48,315 nucleotides of DNA from an uncultured Oscillospiraceae bacterium (GCA_964541695.1 CAZIRB010000007.1:2419-50733); one strand, 5' to 3'; counted from the stretch's first letter, positions 1 to 8,871 are shown. Numbers and translations are program-made. Notes: generated by a model not told the origin, from the letters alone.

Positions 1-220
1 CTGCGGTTCCTGCGCAAAAGCCGCGCAAAAAAGCGCGGCGCGGGTAAAATGAAAGTCCGTCGCTTTGCTAGTATGCGGTCTTTCAAAGAGTAACACAAAA
101 AACGTCCATGCTGCGGTTCCTGCGCAAAAGCAGCGCAAAAAAGCGCGGCGCGGGTAAAATGAAGGGCTGTTGCTTTGCTGGTATGCGGTCTTTCAAACGA
201 ACGACACAAAAAATTGTATA
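1..220. repeat. Tandem direct repeat, two 110-bp units (1-110 and 111-220)
   Basis: Hand alignment: both units open CTGCGGTTCCTGCGCAAAAGC. There are 6 mismatches in the first ~87 bp, and the tails diverge. Each unit holds a GC hairpin (GCCGCGC-AAAAAA-GCGCGGC in unit 1, one mismatch in unit 2) that on the minus strand is followed by TTTTG. The window edge may truncate a longer array. Confidence 0.85.
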
Positions 221-401
221 GCGGCGGCAAAACGCGGGCCCGTTTCGTCAATTAGCTCGGGTTTGGACATTTTATCGACGGATCTGCCGGCGCGGCAGCC
301 TCTATCGCGAAAATCGCGGCCCGGCGCATCGCCCCATCGGTGGGACGGCGGCCGGGCCGCTCGTTTGTCCGGGTTCCGGTCGCCGGGCGGCCGTCCCCTG
401 C

Positions 402-1082
402 TCAGTCCTGCTCGAATTTGTCCGCGAGCGAGCGCGCAAACTCGCCGAGGTCGTCGTCGACGTACGCGCGCATCGTGCCCGCGCACACGGTGTAGATCAC
501 CACGTTCTCCCATTCCTTAGGCACGCTGTACTGCTTGAGCAGCTTTCTGCATTGCACGGCCGCGCGGATGCCCTCGGTCGAGCCGATCGTGTTGATCAGC
601 GGCACAAGGTCGCTGTCGCCCATCACGACCTTCGTGTAGCCCGGCAGGATGTGCCGGATCGTTTCAAACTCCCGCTCGTCCTTCGTGCCCGCGACCACGA
701 TGCAGGGCGCGCCCTGTTTCATCGAGATCGCGTGGCCGATGATCTTGGCGTCGACGAACGACACATCGGGCCGCAGCGCCTTGACGTCGGCCGGGACGGT
801 GCCGTTTGTGGCCATATTCAGCACGAGCGCGCCGCTTTTTGCGGCCTTTGCCGCCGCCTTTGCCGCATCGGCTGTAGCCGGGGCCGGCAGCACGAGCACG
901 ATCACGTCCGCCTCGCGCGCCGCCTGCATGTCGGAAGCCGCCGCCGCGCCGATACCCGCCGCGACGGATTCCGCCTTGGCCAGATCGGTATCGATGACCA
1001 GCTTTTTCACATCGCCGGGAAGCTGAGCGGCAACAAATGAACCCATGCGCCCCGCGCCTACGATTGCTGTGAGCAATTCCAT
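402..1082 (-). CDS. NAD(P)-binding Rossmann-fold oxidoreductase (ProC / F420-oxidoreductase-like N-terminal domain)
   Basis: 226-aa ORF with an N-terminal AIVGAGRMGSFVAAQL dinucleotide-binding motif and GC3-rich codon usage. Exact function not recognisable. Confidence 0.7.
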   Translation of the reverse strand: MELLTAIVGAGRMGSFVAAQLPGDVKKLVIDTDLAKAESVAAGIGAAAASDMQAAREADVIVLVLPAPATADAAKAAAKAAKSGALVLNMATNGTVPADVKALRPDVSFVDAKIIGHAISMKQGAPCIVVAGTKDEREFETIRHILPGYTKVVMGDSDLVPLINTIGSTEGIRAAVQCRKLLKQYSVPKEWENVVIYTVCAGTMRAYVDDDLGEFARSLADKFEQD

Positions 1083-1210
1083 GGTTGATTGCGTTCCTTT
1101 CCGGTGTTTTCATCCAGTATAACACAAGTTCTCCCGCCTGCATATTGTGGCCTGGGGAATGCGACGCTATGTTCAGGAGGCGTTGTCGCAACGGCGGCAA
1201 GCTTTTCCCG

Positions 1211-1239
1211 TTGCCTGCCGCGGGAGAACTTGCTATAAT
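1211..1239 (+). promoter_or_regulatory. Candidate sigma-A promoter of the PAP2-like gene
   Basis: TTGCCT (1211-1216), 17-nt spacer, TGC-TATAAT (extended -10, TATAAT 1234-1239), ~35 nt upstream of the ATG at 1276. Confidence 0.45.
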
Positions 1240-1275
1240 GCCAAATAGACTGATTTTGATAGGATACGACGAAAA

Positions 1276-1728
1276 ATGGGCAATTTCTTCGGCCAACTGT
1301 TTTCCAACACGGTGCTTGTCGCGGGGCTGTGCGCCTGGGCGATCGCGCAGATCCTCAAGGCGGCTCTGTACGCGATTGTCAACCGGCGCTTCGACGCCTC
1401 GCGTTTAATCGGCGACGGCGGTTTCCCGAGCGGACACTCCGCGACCGTGACGGCCGCGTCCATGGCCGCGCTGCTGCGCTACGGTATAGGCTCGTTTGAG
1501 TTTGCCGTCACGTGCATCGTCGCGAGCGTCGTGATGCACGACGCAATGGGCGTGCGCTTTGAGGCCGGCAAGCAGGCCAAGGTAATCAACGACATCGTCG
1601 AGTTCTTCGATATGGACGGCAAGGATTTAACCGACGAAGAGAAGCTCAAGGAGCTCGTCGGCCACACGCCCATTCAGGTCGGCGCGGGCTTCCTGCTCGG
1701 CCTGCTCGTAGGGTTTTTTGTGAGGTAG
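1276..1728 (+). CDS. Divergent PAP2 family membrane protein (YuiD / DUF212-like acid phosphatase-related)
   Basis: 150 aa. Contains FPSGHSATVTA and VVMHDAMGVR blocks typical of the divergent PAP2 family, with hydrophobic helices. Confidence 0.8.
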   Translation: MGNFFGQLFSNTVLVAGLCAWAIAQILKAALYAIVNRRFDASRLIGDGGFPSGHSATVTAASMAALLRYGIGSFEFAVTCIVASVVMHDAMGVRFEAGKQAKVINDIVEFFDMDGKDLTDEEKLKELVGHTPIQVGAGFLLGLLVGFFVR

Positions 1729-2101
1729 CCAGGCGGCACCTCAATCCCGCGCCGCGGGGCGGCGTATGGGTAAAACCTCGGACCGCCACATTCTTTCCTT
1801 GTTTCGCCGTCTTCGGCGGGTCCGCCGCAGTCAACGCATTATCTGTTATTGATCTGTTTATCTACCAAAAAAAATAAAATAAACCAATTACCGCGCCGAC
1901 TTCCCAGCCGACGCGTCAGCGTGTCAAACAAGCCCTGGGACTGCTAAGAACCGCAACTCTTGCCCATAGAATCCGCGTCGGCTTTGTCGATACAGCGGAT
2001 CGCCCGCAGGGCGGATTCCGCGTGCTTTTTGCCGCGCGGGGAGTCCGAAGGACGAGAGGCAAAAAGCGGTTAGTCCGTTAAAAACCTGGTTTTCTGGCGG
2101 A

Positions 2102-3421
2102 TTACTGCGCCGGCTCCGCAGCCGGCGCGAATTTTTTGTATGCGAGCGGGTTGGTCGAGAGCATGGGGTCGCCCTCCGCCATCGCCGGAAAGAACGCGTC
2201 GAGCAGACGCCTTTCGCCGTCCTTGACCTCCTGGCAGGCTTCCCCCTTTCCCTGCCGGATGAAGCGCGCGTACGGCTGATAGACGTTGTACAGCCCGGCG
2301 CGCCGGCAGCGTAGGCCGAGCTCCGCGTCGTCCGCGCACGACGGCATCGTTTCGTCGAAGCCGCCCGCCGAGAAGAACTTCGCGCGCTCCATCATCAGCG
2401 CGCCGCCGCCCGTCGCGGTCACGTCGCGGATGCAGTTGGCGTAGCGGTTCACGGCGTCCGAGCCGATCGTGTCCGCGTGCCCGGCAAGCAGCGAAACCGG
2501 TTCGTCACCGATGCCCAGCACGAAGCCCGTGTGCAGCAGCTTTTTTTCGCGGTCCAGAATCTTTGCGCCCACCGTGGCCACGCGCGGCAGAAACGCGTAC
2601 TCCATCATGCGCCCAACGGCGTCGTGCGACGCGAGCACGACGCCCGCTTCGAGAAACAGCAGCGCGTCCTCGCGCACGGCCGCGGCGGCCTCGTTCTTGA
2701 GCACGCGCGTGTTCGTCTCCTTGGCGTAATGGAGGATGCGCGCCGCGCCGTTCTCGGACAGCGCCTGGAAATACCGCTGCGCGCGCGCGTCGGCTACGCA
2801 GCCGTACACGACATATAGCTTATAGTCTCGGAATGTGCTAACCGCCTCGACGGACTCGAGCGTAAAGCGCAGCGCGTCGGCGTCGCCGGTGAACGGCACG
2901 ACGACCGCCGCCTTCGTGCCTGGCCGCATGCCCGGCCGCACGCAGCAGCTGCCGCGGAACAGGCCCGGCAGCGCCTCCGCGCGAACGCCGCGGCGGTTCA
3001 GTTCGCCCTGCACGATGCCGGAATCGTCGCGCGCCTCCGGGCGACCGCCCGTGTAGAGCACGCGCGGGACGTGCCCGACCCGCTTGGCGAGCTCCGTCGC
3101 GCGCAGCGTAAACGCGTACAGCGCGCTTTCGTCCGCCTCGTCCGCGCCGCCGAGCTTCTCGTACAGCGTCCTTTTGACCGCGATCGGGGAACCGATGTAG
3201 TTGTAGGACAGCAGCGTGTGCGGCGAAAAGACGGGCTTGTAGACGGTCTCGGTCGAGCCGTCGTCGCGGATGACGGCCTCGTCCGCGTAGATGAAGTCCG
3301 CCTCGCGCTCCGCGAGCAGGCTGAACTCCTCCGCGGCGCCGTTCTCGAGGAAGCCGCCGCGCCGCGCCAAAACAACATATTCGCCGTTATGCGAGTTAAA
3401 ATTCTCCATGCCCATTAGCAT
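2102..3421 (-). CDS. Glycosyltransferase family 2 protein
   Basis: 439 aa. Has a GT2-like AAVVVPFTGDADAL block and a C-terminal GGALMMERAKFFSAGGFDE...ADDAELGLR block. The start codon is ambiguous (three ATGs in the first 5 codons, weak SD). Confidence 0.75.
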   Translation of the reverse strand: MLMGMENFNSHNGEYVVLARRGGFLENGAAEEFSLLAEREADFIYADEAVIRDDGSTETVYKPVFSPHTLLSYNYIGSPIAVKRTLYEKLGGADEADESALYAFTLRATELAKRVGHVPRVLYTGGRPEARDDSGIVQGELNRRGVRAEALPGLFRGSCCVRPGMRPGTKAAVVVPFTGDADALRFTLESVEAVSTFRDYKLYVVYGCVADARAQRYFQALSENGAARILHYAKETNTRVLKNEAAAAVREDALLFLEAGVVLASHDAVGRMMEYAFLPRVATVGAKILDREKKLLHTGFVLGIGDEPVSLLAGHADTIGSDAVNRYANCIRDVTATGGGALMMERAKFFSAGGFDETMPSCADDAELGLRCRRAGLYNVYQPYARFIRQGKGEACQEVKDGERRLLDAFFPAMAEGDPMLSTNPLAYKKFAPAAEPAQ

Positions 3422-3426
3422 GGCGG

Positions 3427-3614
3427 TTTCCGGCCGGTTTTATCAGGACTATGCCGACGCGAACCGGCCCATTCGCCCGCTAGAGCCGGATGACGCCCCA
3501 GTCGCCCAGGCCGCGCACGGTTTCCGGCCGGTTTTATCAGGACTATGCCGACGCGAACCGGCCCATTCGCCCGCTAGAGCCGGATGACGCCCCAGTCGCC
3601 CAGGCCGCGCACGG
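3427..3614. repeat. Perfect 94-bp tandem duplication (3427-3520 = 3521-3614) covering the 3' end and stop codon of nrdG plus 53 nt downstream
   Basis: Base-by-base comparison shows the two copies are identical. Copy 2 contains the real nrdG tail (..VRGLGDWGVIRL stop). Copy 1 is an orphan copy ending 5 nt from the GT2 start codon. Confidence 0.95.
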
Positions 3615-4269
3615 TGCAGACGCCGATGGCCGCGCGCGCCTTTTGGGCGGCCGCCTCGACATACGACGGCGGGTGCGCGGGCGGGTCGCCTTCGTCGCGC
3701 GGGCGGTACTGCTGCAGATAGTACCGCTGCGTGCCCTTGACGAGCAGGCTCGCCTCTGCGATGTCGTCCGCCGTCAGCTCCGGGAAGAACGTCGTGCGGA
3801 ACTCATGCTCCGTGCGCGAGCTGCGCAGTATCGCGATGCTCTTTTGAATTGCGGTCAGGTCGTTTTTCGTGCGCGTGACGAGATCGTATTTGGCAAACGG
3901 GGCCTTGATGTCCATGGCCACGTAGTCGAGCAGGCCGTCGCGCAAAAGCCGCGCCAATACGTCGGGCTTTAATCCGTTCGTATCCAGCTTGGTCCGGTAG
4001 CCGAGCGCACGGACCTTTTGCAGAAACTCCGCAAGATCGCCCTGCAGCGTGGGTTCGCCGCCGGACACCGTCACGGCGGTCAGAAGCTCCGCGCGCTTCT
4101 TTAAAAACGCGAGTACCTCGTCCTCCGGCAGCAATTTCGGGCTGCCGAAGAGGATGTGCGCGTTGTGGCAGTAGGCGCAGTTCATGTTGCAGCGCGGCGT
4201 GAACACCACCGCGCACGGGCTCCCCGGGAAGTCGACAAACGAGCTTTTCTGCAGGCCCGCGATCCGCAT
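3574..4269 (-). CDS. nrdG: Anaerobic ribonucleoside-triphosphate reductase activating protein (radical SAM)
   Basis: 231 aa with a CNMNCAYCHN CX3CX2C motif. Lies directly downstream of nrdD. SD GGAGGAGGGA precedes the ATG. Confidence 0.93.
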   Translation of the reverse strand: MRIAGLQKSSFVDFPGSPCAVVFTPRCNMNCAYCHNAHILFGSPKLLPEDEVLAFLKKRAELLTAVTVSGGEPTLQGDLAEFLQKVRALGYRTKLDTNGLKPDVLARLLRDGLLDYVAMDIKAPFAKYDLVTRTKNDLTAIQKSIAILRSSRTEHEFRTTFFPELTADDIAEASLLVKGTQRYYLQQYRPRDEGDPPAHPPSYVEAAAQKARAAIGVCTVRGLGDWGVIRL

Positions 4270-4361
4270 GGTTCCCGTCCCTCCTCCTCAATGGCAAACG
4301 CGGCGCCGTACCCTGGTTACGCCGCCGCAGTTTACTTTTGTTTACATCGCCGCGTCCGCCG

Positions 4362-6437
4362 TCACACGACGAACTTCTGGCGCATCATGTACTCTTCCTT
4401 CTTGCCCGGGTTATAGTTCTGCACGGGCCTAAGATACCCGACCACGCGCGACCAGACCTCCGCGGGCCTGCCGCACTCCGGGCAGGTGAAGTGCTCGCCC
4501 GCGAGGTACCCGTGCTCCTGGCAGACCGAGAACGTCGGCGTGATCGAGATGTACGGCATGCGGTACTTGGCAAACACCGATCGAATCAGGTTCTTGCAGG
4601 TCTCGATGTCCTCGATGCGCTCGCCGATGTACAGATGCTGCACGGTGCCGCCCGTGTAGAGCGACTGCAGCTCGTCCTGCAAATCGCAGCACTCGAAGAT
4701 GTCGTCCGTGAACGTAACGGGCAGCTGCGTCGAGTTCGTGTACATCGGCTCGTCGACGCCGGACTGCAGGATGTCCGGATATTTCTTTTTGTCGAGCTTG
4801 GCCAGGCGGTAGCTCGTGCCCTCGGCCGGCGTAGCCTCGAGGTTGTAGCTGTGGCCGGTCTCAGCTTGGAATTCCACCATACGCTCGCGCAGAAAGTGCA
4901 TGACCTCGAGCGCAAACTGCAGTCCCTCGCGGCTGCCGATGTCTTTGCCGACGAAATTTAAGCAGGACTCGTTCATGCCGATGATGCCGATCGTGTTGAA
5001 GTGGTTCGTCCAGTACGCGCCCGTGCGCTGCTTGACGGAGCGCAGGTAGTGCCGCGAGTACGGGTACAGCCCCTGCTCCGTCTGCTGCTCGATGATCTTG
5101 CGCTTGATCTCGAGGCTCGTCATGCCGAGGCGCGCGAGGTGCTCGAGCCGTTCGAAATAGTCCTTCTTCGACTTGGCGAGGTACCCGATGCGCGGCAGGT
5201 TGATCGAGAACACGCCGATGCTGCCCGTCATGGGGTTGGAGCCGAACAGGCCGCCGCCGCGCTTTCTTAGTTCGCGCGTGTCGATCCGGAGGCGGCAGCA
5301 CATGGACACCGCGTCCTCGGGCGAGAGGTCGGAGTTGACGTAGTTGGCAAAGTACGGGATGCCGTACTTGCACGTGATGCGCATAAAGTCGTCCACGACG
5401 GGGCTTGCCCAGTCAAAGTCCTTCGTCACGTTGATCGTCGGGATCGGGAACGTGAACACGCGGCCCTTGGCGTCGCCCTCGAGCATGACGGAGCAGAACG
5501 CACGGTTGAACAGGTCCATCTCGGCCTGGAATTCGCCGTAGGTCTCCTGCTTATATTCGCCGCCGATGATGACCGGCTCGTTCTTGAGCGTGGACGGCAC
5601 CTTGATGTCGAACGTCAGGTTCGAGAACGGGCACTGGAAGCCCACGCGCGTGGGCACGTTGATGTTGAACACGAACTCCTGCAGGCACTGCCGCACCTGG
5701 CCGAAGTCCATGCGGTCGTAGCGGATGAACGGCGCGCAATAGGTGTCGAACGAGCTCCAGGCCTGCGCGCCCGCGGTCTCGCCCTGCGTCGTGAACGTCG
5801 AGTTGACCACCTGCCCCAAAAACGAGCGCAGATGCTTGGCTGGCCTGGACTCCACCTTGCCCGAAACGCCGCCGAACCCCTCGGAAAGAAGCTGCCGAAG
5901 GTCCCAGCCCGCGCAGTACGGCCCGAAGAAGCCCAAATCGTGAATGTGCACGTCGCCGCTCTCGTGCGCCTTGCAGATGTCGATCGGGTAGATCTCGTAG
6001 AGCCAATATTTCTTCGTGAACGCCTCGCGCACATAGTTGTTGAGGCCGTTCACGCTCTTTTGCATGTTCGCGTTCTCGCGAATGTTCCAGTCCTTGTCGT
6101 TGAGGTAATCGCCGAACATGTCGATCGTGGCGCCGATGAGCGCGTTGATCTCGCGCGTGCCGCGGCGCTTCTCGCGGTACAGGATGTAGGCCTTCGCCGT
6201 CTTGGCGTGGCCGGCCTCGATGAGCACCTTCTCGACAAGGTCCTGGATGCCCTCGACATCCGGCGCGCCGTCCGCATATTTCTTCTCCGCCAGGCGCACG
6301 ACCTCGTCCGCCAGCTTGCCGGACAGCTCCTCGTTTGTGCCATTCACAGCCTGCGCGGCCTTCCAGATCGCGTTCTTGATCTTGATCCTGTCAAACGGCT
6401 CCGACCGGCCGTCGCGCTTGATGATCTGCGTCAGCAT
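4362..6437 (-). CDS. nrdD: Anaerobic (class III) ribonucleoside-triphosphate reductase
   Basis: 691 aa. N-terminal ATP-cone (IIKRDGRSEPFDRIKIKNAI), C-terminal CPECG zinc ribbon and glycyl-radical motif SRVVGYLRP. Confidence 0.96.
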   Translation of the reverse strand: MLTQIIKRDGRSEPFDRIKIKNAIWKAAQAVNGTNEELSGKLADEVVRLAEKKYADGAPDVEGIQDLVEKVLIEAGHAKTAKAYILYREKRRGTREINALIGATIDMFGDYLNDKDWNIRENANMQKSVNGLNNYVREAFTKKYWLYEIYPIDICKAHESGDVHIHDLGFFGPYCAGWDLRQLLSEGFGGVSGKVESRPAKHLRSFLGQVVNSTFTTQGETAGAQAWSSFDTYCAPFIRYDRMDFGQVRQCLQEFVFNINVPTRVGFQCPFSNLTFDIKVPSTLKNEPVIIGGEYKQETYGEFQAEMDLFNRAFCSVMLEGDAKGRVFTFPIPTINVTKDFDWASPVVDDFMRITCKYGIPYFANYVNSDLSPEDAVSMCCRLRIDTRELRKRGGGLFGSNPMTGSIGVFSINLPRIGYLAKSKKDYFERLEHLARLGMTSLEIKRKIIEQQTEQGLYPYSRHYLRSVKQRTGAYWTNHFNTIGIIGMNESCLNFVGKDIGSREGLQFALEVMHFLRERMVEFQAETGHSYNLEATPAEGTSYRLAKLDKKKYPDILQSGVDEPMYTNSTQLPVTFTDDIFECCDLQDELQSLYTGGTVQHLYIGERIEDIETCKNLIRSVFAKYRMPYISITPTFSVCQEHGYLAGEHFTCPECGRPAEVWSRVVGYLRPVQNYNPGKKEEYMMRQKFVV

Positions 6438-6486
6438 GTTCCGTTCCCCCCATGATCGACATTCCCCCTAACGGGGGACTAGTATC

Positions 6487-6515
6487 AGTTTAGCGCCTTC
6501 GACATATTGTGTCAA
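6487..6515 (-). promoter_or_regulatory. Candidate nrdD promoter
   Basis: On the minus strand: TTGACA (plus 6510-6515), 17-nt spacer, TAAACT (plus 6487-6492). The ~40-nt leader carries a TCCCCC-GTTA-GGGGGA hairpin and a GGGGGAA SD. Confidence 0.45.
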
Positions 6516-6542
6516 TTCGCACCGGTGCATACTATATCTTGA
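6497..6542 (-). promoter_or_regulatory. Two weak NrdR-box-like sites overlapping the nrdD promoter
   Basis: Minus-strand ACACAATATGTCGAAG (11/16 to acaCwAtATaTwGtgt) and TCAAGATATAGTATGC (10/16), with centres ~30 bp apart. The usual tandem NrdR spacing is ~31-32 bp. Confidence 0.3.
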
Positions 6543-6549
6543 TAAAACC

Positions 6550-6569
6550 TGTGGATATGCTGTGGACAA
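6550..6569 (-). promoter_or_regulatory. Two DnaA-box-like 9-mers upstream of the nrdD promoter
   Basis: TGTGGATAT (6550-6558) and TGTGGACAA (6561-6569). Each matches the complement of TTATCCACA at 8/9 positions. Same orientation, 11 bp apart. Confidence 0.3.
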
Positions 6570-6783
6570 CCGGAGCGCCAAAATGGCGGAACATTGGAAT
6601 TCCCCCGCTCTGCGCGCTTTACGGCGCTTTTTACAAATTGAACCGCTGCATAGGGGCTGTATGCCCTTTCACAAAAGCTGAATTTCTATAAATATTGTTT
6701 ATTATGCGTTCATATTTGACGCCGCGGCGAATCGCAGAGCGTGTCATACTGTCGCGATTTGTGTATTTTTTGTACTGGGAAGC

Positions 6784-6825
6784 AAAAAGGGACCGCCGGC
6801 GCTTACGCACCGGCGGTCCCTTTTT
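6784..6825 (-). terminator. Rho-independent terminator after serA (bidirectional shape)
   Basis: AAAAA-GGGACCGCCGG-loop-CCGGCGGTCCC-TTTTT. 11-bp GC stem flanked by an A-run and a T-run, 10 nt past the serA stop. Confidence 0.8.
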
Positions 6826-6835
6826 GCATATCGGT

Positions 6836-7750
6836 TTACAGCTCGAACTGCGACGCGATCATGTCGACGATCTCCGCGCCGATGCGCTTTTGCGCCTCCT
6901 CGGTCGACGCGCCGATGTGCGGCGTACAGGACACGCGCGGGTGCGAATACAGCTTCTCGTTCTTGGACGGCTCCTCGGCGAACACGTCGAGCCCCGCGCC
7001 GAACACCTTGCCGGACTCGAGCGCCTCGTAGAGCGCCTCCTCGTCCACGTTCGTGCCGCGCGACGTGTTGATGAGGATCACGCCGTCCTTCATCTTGGCG
7101 ATCGTCTCGCGGTTGACGAGCGGCTGGCCCGGCAGCGACGGGATGTGCAGCGAGATAAAGTCCGATTTGGCCAATAGCTCGTCCATCTCGACATAGCGCA
7201 TGTGCTCGTTCTCGAGACCTTCTACCTTGTACACGTCGTACGCGAGCACGTCCATGCCCAGCGCCTGGCAGCGGCGGCCCAGCGCCTGGCCGATCCGGCC
7301 GTAGCCGACGATGCCGACCGTCTTGCCGCAAAGCTCGATGCCCTTGTACGCCTTCTTCTCCCACTGCCCCTCGCGCATCGTGTGGCCGGCGATCGAGATA
7401 AACCGCGCCACAGACAGCATATGTGCCAGCGCCAGCTCCGCGACCGCCTCAGAGCTTGCGCGCGGCGTGTTCTTGACCTCGATGCCGAGGCTCTCGGCGT
7501 ACTCGACGTCGATGTTGTCCACGCCAACGCCGCCGCGGATGATGAGCTTTAAGCGCCCCGCCTCGGCCGCTGCGTCGATCTGCTGCTTGCGCACCTTCGT
7601 CGCGCTGCGCACGACGAGCACGTCGCAGTTTTGCACCTCGCCGCACAGCGCGTCCGGGCCGCAGAAGTTGCAGCTGACCGTGCAGCCCTTCTGCTCCAGC
7701 GCCTCGATGCCGCTCTTGTCCATGCCGTCCGTCGCCAATACCTTAACCAT
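6836..7750 (-). CDS. serA: D-3-phosphoglycerate dehydrogenase, short form without ACT domain
   Basis: 304 aa D-isomer 2-hydroxyacid dehydrogenase with GIVGYGRIGQALGRR NAD motif. Immediately downstream of serC. Confidence 0.88.
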   Translation of the reverse strand: MVKVLATDGMDKSGIEALEQKGCTVSCNFCGPDALCGEVQNCDVLVVRSATKVRKQQIDAAAEAGRLKLIIRGGVGVDNIDVEYAESLGIEVKNTPRASSEAVAELALAHMLSVARFISIAGHTMREGQWEKKAYKGIELCGKTVGIVGYGRIGQALGRRCQALGMDVLAYDVYKVEGLENEHMRYVEMDELLAKSDFISLHIPSLPGQPLVNRETIAKMKDGVILINTSRGTNVDEEALYEALESGKVFGAGLDVFAEEPSKNEKLYSHPRVSCTPHIGASTEEAQKRIGAEIVDMIASQFEL

Positions 7751-7779
7751 TACTATTCTCCTCCTTCGTCCGTTCCGCG

Positions 7780-8871
7780 TTACGCCTTGTGCCCGCGCTC
7801 GAACTTGTCGAGGAACGCGACCAGGGCCTCCACGCCTTCCTTCGGCATGGCGTTGTAGATCGACGCGCGCAGGCCGCCCACGCTCTTGTGGCCCTTGAGG
7901 TTGTCATAGCCCGCGGCCTTCGTCGCGGCGACCACCTCGGCGTCGAGCTCCTTCGACGATGTGACGAACGGCACGTTCATCATCGAGCGGAACCGCTTCT
8001 CCACCGTGCCGGTGAACATGCTGCTACTGTCCAGGAAGTCGTAGAGGATCTTCGCCTTCTCCTCGTTGCGGCGCTGCATCTCGGCAAGGCCGCCGATCTT
8101 CTTTAAATACTTGAACACCTTGCCGCAGACATAGATCGCCCAGCAGTTCGGCGTGTTGTACATCGAACCGTTCTCGGCATGCGTGTCGTAGCGCATGTAG
8201 ATCGGCACTTTCGGGTCGAGGTCGGCCCGGATCAGGTCCTCGCGCACGATCGCGACCACCATGCCCGCCGGGCCCACGTTTTTCTGCACGCCCGCGTAGA
8301 TCAGGCCGTAGTCGGACACGTTGCAGGGCCGGGACAGAAACATCGACGACTGGTCGGACACGAGCGTCCTGCCCTTCGTGTTCGGCAGGGTATCCCAGGT
8401 CGTACCGTGGATCGTCTCGTTCTCGCAGATATAGACATAGTCGGAATCCGGGTCGACGGACAGGTTCGAGCAGTCCGGAACGTACGTAAAGTTCTTGTCC
8501 TCGCTCGACGCGGCCAGGTTGATCTTCCCGTATTTTTTCGCCTCGGAATACGCCTTCTTCGACCAGGAACCCGTCACAACATAGTCCGCCACGCCGTTCT
8601 TTAACAGGTTCATCGGAACCATCGCAAACTGCAGCGTCGCTCCGCCCTGGATAAACAGCACCTTGTAGTTTTGCGGAATGCCCATCAGCTCGCGAAGGTC
8701 CGCCTCCGCCTCGTCGACGATCTGCTCAAATACCTTGCTCCTGTGCGACATCTCCATCACGCACATGCCGCTGCCGCGGTAGTTGAGCATTTCGTCGCGC
8801 ACTTCCTCGAGCACTTCCTCCGGCATCATCGCGGGACCTGCGGAAAAATTGTAGATCCGTCCGTAATTCAT
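7780..8871 (-). CDS. serC: Phosphoserine aminotransferase
   Basis: 363 aa. YNFSAGPAMMPEEVLEEV N-terminus and overall class-V aminotransferase SerC pattern. Confidence 0.93.
   Translation of the reverse strand: MNYGRIYNFSAGPAMMPEEVLEEVRDEMLNYRGSGMCVMEMSHRSKVFEQIVDEAEADLRELMGIPQNYKVLFIQGGATLQFAMVPMNLLKNGVADYVVTGSWSKKAYSEAKKYGKINLAASSEDKNFTYVPDCSNLSVDPDSDYVYICENETIHGTTWDTLPNTKGRTLVSDQSSMFLSRPCNVSDYGLIYAGVQKNVGPAGMVVAIVREDLIRADLDPKVPIYMRYDTHAENGSMYNTPNCWAIYVCGKVFKYLKKIGGLAEMQRRNEEKAKILYDFLDSSSMFTGTVEKRFRSMMNVPFVTSSKELDAEVVAATKAAGYDNLKGHKSVGGLRASIYNAMPKEGVEALVAFLDKFERGHKA

Noticed and set aside
1-220. Possibility that the tandem repeats here, and at 26152-26660, are CRISPR arrays.
   Set aside because: The whole unit is conserved, including what would be the spacer. 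The periods (110 and 200 bp) are wrong, there are only 2-3 units, and no cas genes are in the window.
6438-6835. Looked for a cobalamin riboswitch or other long leader upstream of nrdD, and considered the 60-aa ORF 6509-6691.
   Set aside because: No B12-box-like GCCACTG core and no multi-stem leader was seen. The predicted leader is ~40 nt. The small ORF has no SD, is AT-rich with atypical codons, and overlaps the promoter region.
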